Source: Octopus bimaculoides
Lineage: Eukaryota
Length of the DNA: 64,000 nt
Direction of reading: 5' to 3'
NCBI RefSeq assembly: GCF_001194135.2
Contig: NC_068983.1
Span: 74,055,763-74,119,762 of the forward strand
The position numbers and the translations under genes are program-made. The notes beneath the pieces are model-generated. The model saw only the letters and a program-made list of their open reading frames with translations, did no database searches and was not told the origin of the DNA. The stretch's first letter is position 1; the number at the start of each line of letters is the position of its first letter. Positions 50,406 to 61,240 of the stretch are shown one piece after another.

Positions 50406-53240
50406 TGATTGGCCCTTCGCAAGACTCCGCATCCGACCCCGAGAGACACTGCAGACCGGCAAGAAAGTCCTCGAGGGCTCTCCCACCACCAGGACCGCCG
50501 TCACCACCGAACAGCTGGGTGCAGTACTTCCGAAAGGCCTCACACATTTTCTCGGGTTCGTTTACCAAAACGCCATTTTGATTCGTCAAAGATCGTATAG
50601 TGGAACGATTTCCTTGCCGAGCTTCCACCACTCGGGCCCATCTAGCGGCCTTGATTCCTTCATTTCCCATCGCACGTAACTTAGCTCTGGCAATACTTCC
50701 CATGTGTTGGGCTTCAAGATGCTGGTTTAACTCCAATCTTTTCACTTTTGCTTGGTCCGTATTACCAGTCCTCCAGGCTTCTTCTAGTCCTTTAACTAAA
50801 CCATCTCCTATTCTACATCCCTTCTTAACTAAACTTATGCTAAACCTAATAGACTCATATTTGATGGCTCTTTTTAGGGCGTACCACTATTTGTTATTAA
50901 TGATGGTACCTGTCAATGCCCTCTGTATTAATATATTGATTCGCTTTCTGTATTCCTCAATCACCAAAAGGGACGTATTGAGTTTCCAGTAGCCAGATCC
51001 CTGACTATGTAACTTATCTATTGTCAGTTTACAGGTAACCAACTTGTGGTCACTGTAGCTGAGTAGAAAAAACTGTGGACACTTAGCTATGGACTTATCT
51101 GTTTCTCTAATTAAAATCATATCTAGATATGTTCTGGAACACCCGTCACTATTTGACCACGTCCATTGTGGATTGTTCGGGTGTTCCAACCTATATGGAT
51201 CTGCTAGCTGAAAGTGACTTAGCAGATCCCGTAAGCCTGGGTTACATTTTCTGTTCATGATCGAGCCAACACAATCTGTGTGTGCCTCACATATTGTGTT
51301 AAAGTCTCCTAACAATACTTGCGAATGCGACATGGCCAGGAACTTGCCCAGGTCACGAAAATATTCACATTGCGGGTCCATAATGTTGGGTGTATAAATA
51401 GCAACTAGCCTGATTATCTTGCCACAACTGAATGTCAGGTCGAGAACGATCAGCCTGCCTTCTGGATCAGAAAAAAAACAACTTTTTCTCGGCTNNNNNN
51501 NNNNNNNNNNNNNNNNNNNNNNNNNNNNNNNNNNNNNNNNNNNNNNNNNNNNNNNNNNNNNNNNNNNNNNNNNNNNNNNNNNNNNNNNNNNNNNNNNNNN
51601 NNGGGGGGGGGGAAGATCTCTTGGCTCCTTTACCCGGGTTCCGTTGCAACAATCACATCCAATTTTCTTGACAAACGAAGCGTCCTTGCTTCCAGCTAGA
51701 CATCAGGCCACGAACATTTACACAACCAATGTGAATAGACATGACTTACCTGTTAATCAGGGCTGTCCGGTGGAGAGGGACCCTCCACCTTTTCTTGATA
51801 CAGGGTCGGAGGTGGCAGGTCTTGGGAAATAGATTGGTTAAAATCCAGTCTCATTACTGACACAGACTTTCTATACGTATTTAATAAAATATTATGAGTC
51901 TTTTTGTCCATTTCATATAGTTCATAATTTTTGTATTTGTCCGACAGTTTTGCTACCCTGGTGGCTGATTTTTTTGTTTTTATCTCTCATTAAATCCTCA
52001 TTGTTACTAAGTAGTGCCACAATCCCTCTGTCTGCTATTTCTTTCCTTGTTGTTTTTGGTTGGACTCTTTTTGCTATCTTTTTTGGTCGTGGTTCTGCTT
52101 GTTTTGGTTGGTTTGCATTTTCTTTTTGCTAGTAACTTTATTTTCTTTTTTTCTTTTTCTTCCTCCTCATCTTCAGATTCCTCCTCGCCTTCCTTACAGT
52201 ATTTTTTTATATGGCCTAGCTGGCCACACAGAAAACATCGGGGTTTATACCCCTCGACAAAAACGTTGAGGAACTCCTCCCCAACTTCTATTTTTTCCGA
52301 AAGCTTTTCTAATACAGCTTGTTCAGTTTGAATAATGAGGTGGACCGTGTGGCCAGTCCAATTTGCCTTTTCAGAGACGGTAGCCTGAAGTAGTTTTATC
52401 TCATCTACTCTTTCTGACAGGACTGTCGCCATCAACCACATAGGGTCGACTTGAGGTGGAACCTTTGGTATCCGTATTTTGGCTGTCTTCATACCCATGT
52501 ATATTGGTTTTAAAATTACGTCTTCTGTTGCCAAGGATTTCACTGAGTGCAATTGTGCAGTTTCGATATTTTTTAGGTGTACCTCGATGGTACCGAACTT
52601 TTTTCCTCTGGCTAGATATGTGATATCCTGCCAGATGGGTTTTAAAGATTTTTCTACCTTATCCTCGCTTACTCGCTCGATTTTTCTTTCTTTTTGGCAG
52701 TATGCCTTGAATATAATAGTTTTTATCTTCTCTGACAATAAAAACTCCTCTGGGGGTTGAACCTTGACAACGCCATCTTGAACTGTAATCATGTCCTTGT
52801 ACATCAACAAATCATTTTTATTCGTCGACAGTTGGCGAGTTCTATCTCCAGCTGCAGACGCAAAACTTATTTTCTGTTTGCCTTCCTCCTTTGAAGGCTT
52901 TTCACCTCGATGTTCCTCTTTGCAACGGGAGTCTTCGACAATAGTGGGAATTCATTTTCAGACGAATCTGAAACATCTTTCAACAATATTTTTTCAACTT
53001 TTTTTGCCTCTAAATCTGTCGAATCCTCGTTAGACGAAGACAAACTTCTTGGCATTTTGCCGGCAATTAATGTTTTCCCCCACGGGGGAAAACACAATAG
53101 TTTTCGAACGAAAACTGTAAAACAAATTTAAACAGCAAATACAACAGGAAATAACACGGAAACAGTCCACAGAAACTACACTTAAGGTACAGACGCACTT
53201 CAGCAATAATACTTCCAGCTCACAGAGACGAAATACCAAT
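50406..53240 (-). mobile_element. Unit 19: bicistronic element, ORF1 + APE + linker, truncated before the RT core
   Basis: ORF1 52867-53097 and 52007-52810; APE 50887-51381 (LLGDFNTIC, WTWSNSDG, SDH, GYWKLN); linker 50406-50745. Confidence 0.88.
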
Positions 53241-53242
53241 TG

Positions 53243-54190
53243 CTTTATTGCCCACCGGGGGCTAAACATAGAGGTCACAAACAAAACATGTGGGATATAA
53301 AACATATATGAAAAATAAAATGGATGTTATAACGTATGAAGACATGAAAATGATAAAATGGAAATGGAACCACTCGCCCCACTTACGAGTGGCCTCATTT
53401 TCTACTTTTAAAATCCTGAACCTTCTAACACATCGATACCTGTTTCCTCCAACCACCAATCATATGTAGTAAATCCTAGGAATGAGCTCCAGCTGAGAGC
53501 TGCAGTCCACCTCCCAAAAATAAAATCCAACCATATACTCATGTATTTTTTCCTCCTGCCTCTTGTCTGGTATTACACACAAGTGATTTTCCTCCACATT
53601 ATTATACCCTACAGTTCCAATACACTTTATATTCCATTCCGCCGTATTCCTTAACAGTTCGTCGCTAAGCAACATATAAATCCTACATTTTTTCCTTCTC
53701 TTTTTTGACTTGGGGGAGGGGTTTTGGGCTTCTTCTGTATTTTCTGGTTGCTTTTTTCTTGGCTTTGATGTACATTCTACTCTTATGTGTCCCTTCAGGC
53801 CACATTTAAAGCTGCGTGGAACTCTTCCTTCCACCCTGACAGTCATAATTGTTTCTTCCATGGTTATTGTTTCTGTAATCTTTTTCATCGTTTCTTTTGA
53901 CCCTTGGACTATCATCTCCAGTTGTTGACCTCTCCAGTTGACACACTCTTTTCTTCGCCTGGAGCACAACCATGTTATCCTCATTACCACAGAGGACCGC
54001 ATCTGCCACCCTGGTCACATCAATCTCCGGTGGGATTCCTTCAACCGTGACCCTTGTTGCTCTCATGCCTCTATACGTGGGCAACAGCACCACTTCTTCG
54101 CTCCTAATTGTCGACCCTGCATGTTTCCTTGCTGCTGCTGCATTACGAAACCTCACTTCTACTGTTCCAAATGTTGGACCTCTAGTCAGG
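53243..54190 (-). pseudogene. Unit 20: 5'-truncated ORF1 element with tail
   Basis: ORFs 53806-54156 and 53460-54002; tail 53243-53400. Confidence 0.85.
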
Positions 54191-55137
54191 TATATTATGT
54201 CTTCCCAAAATCTGCTTTAACGCCTTTTCCTCACGTATCAAAATGCATTTCTCAGCACATTTCTCTGGCATTTTCACTCTTATTATTTCCTCCAGCCTCT
54301 CGACATTTCTCTCCATCTGCTCGCAATTCTCGTACTTTATCAAAACCCCATTGTATTTCACATCTTTATCTGTTCTCTCCTCCTCTTCTTGTACATTATT
54401 AGTTTCTGGCTTTTTAATCTCTCTTTTGTTTTCTGTTGACCGTTCCTTTGACTTATTTTTCCTTTGCTTTTTAGGGTTAGTAGCTCCATTTTCGTTCTTC
54501 ACCTTTGTTTTCTCTGTTTCACACTTCTGTCTCTCTTCTATTTCCTCAGTGTGGTCTACAATGTTTTCCTCCTCTGCTTGTGCTTTCTCTTGCTGTGGCT
54601 GTGTGAACTCATATGGGGGCATTTGGTCTTTATATGACCGCTTTCCCCGCATATGTAACAATTTGGTTTCCTTCCCTCGACTACAACATTTAACGTTCTC
54701 TCATCCTCCACTTCTATCTGGTAGGGAATTCTTTCTATGTTCTCGAATGTAGCAAAATGCCACATTTTGAGTCCAAATCCCCACCATTTGCGCACTTTTG
54801 ATTTCGCCACTGGTCCCAATTCCGGCTCCTCCTTGGTTGCAGCCAGCACTTTTGCAACCAACCATTCTGGTTTAATTTCTGGTGTAACTCTGGGTATACG
54901 TATTCTCACACTTCTTCTTCCTCTATAACTTGGTAGTAATGCTATTTTTTCACTTCTTAAAATGTTGGTTGCATGCTTGGTTGCCTCTTCTATAGTGGCG
55001 AACCTCACCTCTACCGTACCGAACTTTCTTCCTCTGTTGATGTACGTGGCTTCATTGACAATTTCACCCAGGCATTCCTCGATTTCCTCTTCCGTCACCA
55101 TTTCAATTTTACCGGTTTCGACAGCCTGTGTACGATG
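54191..55137 (-). pseudogene. Unit 21: ORF1 fragment fused to unit 20, no tail
   Basis: ORF 54556-55101 (YINRGRKFGTVEVRF, CYICGESGHIKTKC) and 54182-54661. Confidence 0.85.
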
Positions 55138-55541
55138 NNNNNNNNNNNNNNNNNNNNNNNNNNNNNNNNNNNNNNNNNNNNNNNNNNNNNNNNNNNNNNN
55201 NNNNNNNNNNNNNNNNNNNNNNNNNNNNNNNNNNNNNNNNNNNNNNNNNNNNNNNNNNNNNNNNNNNNNNNNNNNNNNNNNNNNNNNNNNNNNNNNNNNN
55301 NNNNNNNNNNNNNNNNNNNNNNNNNNNNNNNNNNNNNNNNNNNNNNNNNNNNNNNNNNNNNNNNNNNNNNNNNNNNNNNNNNNNNNNNNNNNNNNNNNNN
55401 NNNNNNNNNNNNNNNNNNNNNNNNNNNNNNNNNNNNNNNNNNNNNNNNNNNNNNNNNNNNNNNNNNNNNNNNNNNNNNNNNNNNNNNNNNNNNNNNNNNN
55501 NNNNNNNNNNNNNNNNNNNNNNNNNNNNNNNNNNNNNNNNN

Positions 55542-56160
55542 TTCGTTCTTGGGGGTAGCCCGTAGACCCAGGCTCTTCTTATTTTCTTCCCACAATAAGT
55601 GGGAAGGAACAATATTTTATCCCCTTCAAGGGGCCTGCTGGCAAATATACCAGCCTCCTCGGGGGTACCAAACAGCAACCATACCGTCGCAAATTTGGTC
55701 CCCCGAGAAATAAATTTTATAGTTGGCAGGTGGTCTGCCAACTCCTCCTCTATCACATTCTTGTCGAAGAGGGCGATGGCACCACGTGACCTGGAAAAGG
55801 TCTGTAGTACCACCGTCCTCTTAAGATCTTTAATCTAATGTTTGGGTGGGACCACCTCCCACTCCAAAGCAGCGGCACTGTCTATAAATTTCTGCTTCTG
55901 GTCACCTCCTCCGTATCCAACTTGATTAACTTGGTTTCTCGCGGCACTGGCTTCCTCACGGCAGTGGCCTTGGCATAGCTCTCCATACTAGAGACACTAC
56001 CACTTGCCATAGCTGGGAAAAAAACGCAGCAGCTCGCGTGAAACGTAACCGTAATAGTTCCACAAAAATCACAATTATTTACCGAGACAGTTTTCACAAA
56101 GTAACACAACAGTATTCACAATAATTCACAGAGCCGTTATACCGCCAAGCACTTCGTCCA
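55542..56160 (-). pseudogene. Unit 22: 5' part of subfamily B ORF1 element; 5'-most unit of the array
   Basis: SMESYAKATA (55882-56109); FISRGTKFATVWLLF, FLPTYCGKK (55542-55813); homologous to unit 3. Confidence 0.82.
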
Positions 56161-56259
56161 GCGTGCTAATGATTCTGTCGGCTCATTGTCTTAATAATAA
56201 TAGTAATGATGATGATTTCAAATTTAGGCACAAGGCAAACAATTTCAGGGAAAGAGAAC

Positions 56260-56425
56260 TAGTCGATTTCATCGACACTAGTGTTCAACTGGTACTTATT
56301 TTTATCGACTTCAAAAGGATGAAAAGTAAAGTCGACCTCGGCGAAATTTGAACTCCGAACGTATAGACAGAAGAAATGCTGCTTAATATTGTGTCCGGTG
56401 TGCTGAAGATTCTGCCAGCTCTTCT
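56260..56425 (-). mobile_element. SINE family D
   Basis: Reverse complement of the 13640-13810 type (AAAGTCGACCTCGGCGAAATTTGAACTC...GATTCTGCCAGCTC). Confidence 0.7.
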
Positions 56426-56785
56426 TGAAAACGTTATGTTAACATGTATTTTCGGATATATTAATTTGAATGATATTTTTTATATCTAAATATGGTAATA
56501 CAACAGAAATGAACGTTGGCCTTGCAACATGAATTCTACAAATAGAGATATAATTTTCTCGATCTGTATTTTTGTCGTCTAATACTCCGAATTCCTTAAA
56601 ATTCTTTTAAATGATATTTCTGCTTGTATTACACGAGGAAATACTTTGGATGTGTATTCTACTTGCATTTATTGGAGTCTGATTGTTTGATATAGGTAAC
56701 CAAATTCGTTTAAAATTGAGTGCTTTATTGATATCTGCCTGGAGTTTTTAATCCCATTTCTCCGTCTCTCTTTCTTTCTCTCTTA

Positions 56786-56826
<41 letters not shown>

Positions 56827-58715
56827 GTATCAATTAGAGTATTGAATATCATTATACATCGCTGGTCACACTGCGAAGAAGCGCATTGTTGTAGCATTCG
56901 AATAATGAATCCCGCTGGTAGTCGGGTAGGTCAACGTTCCCCTTGGGCAGAACGCTAGTCTGTCACAGACTTTCTCATTTATAGCTGAGTGGAATGGAGC
57001 AAAGTGAAATGAAGTGTTTTGGTCAAGAACACAATGCACTGCCAGTCTGAGGATTGCTAGTTTATATGATCTAGAGCATTTGCATACTTTTGAAGCTCTA
57101 TTGCTTTCTGTTGCTACTAGTTTTCATATATTCCGAGTTTAGTTTTGACAGCAGTGTTTGAATGTTTGATAGCGATTCTTTTAAAAGTATTAATCTGAAG
57201 AGTTTCTGTGACATCTGAGTCTTTTGCATATCATCGATGTGATGATTGAGCTTGATATTGTCGTACAAATCTTGGCACTTTTTTATTTTGTTTTGAAGAA
57301 GTCAATGATATCCTTCGTTATCTTAGTGATGCTCCTTCGAATTATGATCGACGGCTGTGGGTGGACAGTTTGAACTCTAGTCATTTGAAAGCTGCCTCTG
57401 ATGACAGGGTTTTGAAACTCCGAAGTGTCTTATGCATAAACATCACCATTCGAGGGCAAACCAATTCATTACCGTTTCAAGCATGTGATGACAAAACGGC
57501 GGTCTGCTCAACAGGATTCGGCTCTGGGAGCTATCCTGGTGATGAGAACATTATTTTTTTACCAAGTTGTAGGATGAGAGCACAGTTCAGAATATGTCTG
57601 TGTTTTGAGCAAGTACGCATCCACGTGGACTTAATTCAGTTAAAGAGTCGGAACTGAGTGTTGATGGAGGAATGTTCCGAAGAGGTCAAGTTGTTAGTTG
57701 GGGTTTCAATTGTTAGTACCTTCCTTATTAATAGTATCTTTTTATAACTAATTGTCTCTATTTCTGTTTCTGCATTAAATTTAAGTATCGACGTTTTTTT
57801 TTTAATTGGTACTTTCAAAAAGGTGTTACTCAGCTATTTGTAAAATTAATTTTAAAAATCTTAGACGCATTACACTTTACTCACTAAAATTCGTTGACGT
57901 TGTTCGTTAATGCCAGTTAAACTTAGATGATAGGCGTGAAGATGCTGGTCTTATCAGTAAACCGAATTCCTTGGATTATTCTCTGTGGTTTATCCTTTCT
58001 TTTGCGAAAGATACTAAAAACAGAAACTGATTCTTCAAGTTTTCTTTTCTCTGAGAGTTGTGCTCCACACTGAGCAGCGATACCGATGTTGAATTGAGAA
58101 AGTTCTTTCGAGAAAACGCTGTAGTACGATTATCTGGTCTTCCTCCGGCTTTGTTAAGCTCAAGAAATGTTCTTATGCTCTGGATTCCAAATATCAGGTT
58201 TCCAGATTCTGTTTTTCTTATTTTCTTAACCACACGGATGGTGACCCACTGGGGGTAGTTGTCTAGCCAGATACGTAAAGGGACTTCCTATTTTAACACG
58301 CATTTCTTCATAGCTTTTCTGTTTAAGGCTGACAGAGGTGTTCCCGAATAGCCCTGCCCACTTCAAATGTAGAAACAAATTCAAAAGTAACCACTGAATT
58401 TGAGAAGGCGACTATCACATTTCTACCGCTAAAAAACAGGTCCACACTAGAAGGTTCAAGTAACAGCAAACCTATTCCGACTGTCCCTTTCTTATCGCTT
58501 TAAGGTTTTTCAAGTAAAATAAAAATTATATAAAAAGAAATAATGCTTATTCCTTGTTCTCTCTCTCTCTTTAAGATATATTGCTTTTTTTGATGTTCAG
58601 TTATAAAAAAAGAAATTTTTTTGATAAAAACAATTTTTATTATAACTGAACATAAAAAAAAATTACATTAATCAGATGGGTTACTCTATATTTTTCTGGA
58701 GTAAAAATTATTTTT

Positions 58716-58750
<35 letters not shown>

Positions 58751-59788
58751 CCCGACACATCCAATCTAATCTGGATCTGTTGTTTATAAGCTGCGGTGAA
58801 CGTCCCGACAAATCATTTCTTGTAGACAAATGATAAAAATCATTGTAATTCTATATCAGCTGACTAAATTTCGCCAGCAACGACGGATAGCAATACCGTA
58901 TCACGTGATTTCACCGTATTGCGGATCGTCAGCGATAACCAGCCTCGTACCTAATAATGCCAGAACGGAAATCAGTCAAACCGATATAGTATAATGTTGG
59001 CTGGATCGACAGAGATCTACCTTCATCACTATATTCGTACATGTCTGTGTTATATATATATACTCAATTCAAATAAGCGAATAAAAATATGAACGTGAGG
59101 AGGTGCACAAGAAATGTATTAGCTTGATGGTATATAGGAAAACCTGTCGGATATCGCTAAATAAACAACTGAGAAAACAATTTTGACTGTGACCCATTTC
59201 CTGAGTTGTTTACTTAGTGACATCCGACAAGTTTTCTCATGCTCTCACTTTCTCTCACACCCGCACATTCTCAAACTTTTTCATTTGTGTATATGAAACT
59301 GCATGCAGGAAGTAGCAACACTATTTTCTTGATTTGAAAGAAAGGAAAAAAAAAAAAAAATGAAAGCTACATAAAACAAATACTAGAAAAATCAATGTTT
59401 ACTTTAAAGTGCTGCCAGTTTTACTTTAATCAGTCAGATATATTATTGATACTTACTTTATCAGCCACAGGGAAGAAGACCAGCGAAGTAGAATCCTATC
59501 CTCTCAGAATTTCTAACATCGAAATTTACAAAGCTCAGTGACGTCACTAAATGCTGTCTGATAATGTTACAACTAAAACATTTTGCAAGTTTGTCATCTT
59601 GTAATTTCTCAATAATTAATAGAAAAATATGTTATGAAGAGCTGCATTGCACGCGTATATATTATTCATGTATGCTATATCTGTTATACTAGTATATTAG
59701 TAAAATTTTCAATAATCTTAGATATGTTGAAATGATTTACATGAAAAATTCATAAATTTGAAATAATTTATATTCATTGGAGAGCGAA

Positions 59789-59830
<42 letters not shown>

Positions 59831-60400
59831 TATGTGTGAGTATATGATTGCATATGCGTGTATCTATGTATATGCAAATGTATGAATATGTGTGTGTGTA
59901 CTCACATATAGTCTAACGAAGTATTGAAAGGACAATTTATTTAACGAGGTGTTACCAGCGAATAACTGACCTATCAGTAAAATGTCCGCTTGATGTTGTG
60001 GAAGATATGAATTTTGAATTACATATTTTAAATCGACCTTACGATCGAAATCTCATTAATATTGTATTTATCTGGTAGGATGGCTGCAATAAAAATGCCC
60101 CTTTTCCTTTGAAAACTTTACTAAATTTTGAATTACTAAAAACTTACAATTATGATAAAACATTCAACAGTGTTAAAATATCACTATTTTGGTTGGTTGA
60201 CTCAATGGTTTGACACTCTTTGCTGGTGTAGTTGTTAGTTAACTCCATGTCTGTCACCGTCGAAGAGACTTATAAGAAAAAGCCTTGAAACTATGAAAAT
60301 ACGAGTATTTTTTTTCTTACATTGTAAATATATGAGTACATTATTTGCATACATGAATGCATAGGCAGCGCTTTCTTTCTAAGAAGAATTCCAATAAATA

Positions 60401-61240
60401 TTGGGTCATCCCATGAATAATGCGGTTTTTCCAATATTAAGATAAACAAAGTTCTTTTTAAATCTAAAACATACTCTCTTTCATTTTCTACAGTGTTCTT
60501 CCATCTATCTGGAAGGCCTCTCTCCCAAACTTCACTTGACGGTGAAGAAAAATACTCCTCCAGTACTGCTCTGACTTCGTCTACTGAATTTATCTTTTTT
60601 TCCGTCCAAATGTGGAATAAATGATAGTCAGATGGGGCAATATCAGGTGAATATGGAGGATAGGGCATCGTCTCCCATTCAAAATTCTCCAGCCTTTGGA
60701 ATGTCATCCTCGCTGTATGTGTCCGAGCACTATTGTGATTGAAGAACATCTTTTGTTTGTAACCAAAGATGGTCGTTTTTCTTCTAGCACTAACTTGAAT
60801 GACTGGTTAAATGACCAAATCCAAGCTTTTCTGATAGTTTCTCAAGAGTTACGATGGGATTTAGTTCCCACAGGGTTTGCAGGACGTATTTGTCTAGCTC
60901 TACAGATCTTCCAGGACGAAGCTCGTCTTCTAGGCTGTACTTTCCGGCTCGGAATTTCTGGAACCACTGTTGACACTGGCTTACGCTTATTGTCCGATCC
61001 CTATATACTGCATTAATATTCCTCGCACTTTCCGTTGTGTTGTTGCCTTTATTGAACTTATAAATCAAAATATGCCGAGTATTCTCCTTTGTGACTTATA
61101 ACTTTGAAAAAATAACTGTTAAAATTGAACTTCACTCTTCAAAACTTGCACTTAGTAACTTTACCTTGTCCATATTCTACCTGCTTTTATAGCAAGTTGA
61201 TACAATTGAAAAAAAACGCATCATTTATGGGATGACCCAA
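60401..61240 (-). mobile_element. Internally deleted mariner transposon (840 bp)
   Basis: TIRs TTGGGTCATCCCAT(G/A)AAT at both ends, TA flanks at 60399-60400 and 61241-61242; HTH part 60790-61068; YSPDIAPSDYHLF in 60291-60749. Confidence 0.92.

Larger units (their letters stand above)
14519..56160 (-). mobile_element. Head-to-tail array of about 22 L1/Tx1-type ORF1 units (mostly ORF1-only) with nested Penelope, Gypsy, Helitron-like and SINE insertions
   Basis: Repeated protein signature Y..RG.KFG.VEVRF / LLPTY.GRR..RV.V.GIPPE / VEGR.PRC..CG..GH.RA.C, all on - strand; 16 shared 3' tails. Confidence 0.92.

Noticed and set aside
14794-55838. Numerous + strand ORFs in the track within the array, and ORFs spanning N runs or microsatellites
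   Set aside because: They are antisense shadows of purine-rich ORF1/ORF2 sequence (Phe/Ser/Leu-rich) or artefacts of X runs and (TA)n/(CA)n repeats.
53220-56143. TCACAGAG.CG..ATACC at 53220-53237 and 56126-56143 as a TSD around units 20-22
   Set aside because: Only 15/18 identical and the right copy overlaps a SINE remnant, so the match is ambiguous.
14519-56160. Domesticated, functional gag-like gene cluster
   Set aside because: Most units have frameshifts, stops or truncations and retain retroposition hallmarks; only one or two long ORFs remain open.
57398-57430. CTGATGA...GAAA hammerhead-like core on + strand
   Set aside because: Intervening CAGGGTTTT cannot form stem II and no stem I/III pairing was found.
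57000-58250. Possible second degraded Penelope-like RT on - strand (TDKTS, VPIK, SHP, HIDDM)
   Set aside because: Motifs are short and not in canonical order; needs a tBLASTn/HMM hit to be supported.
58750-59050. CpG-richer segment with ATCACGTGAT E-box as a promoter
   Set aside because: No downstream exon could be identified; a motif alone is insufficient.
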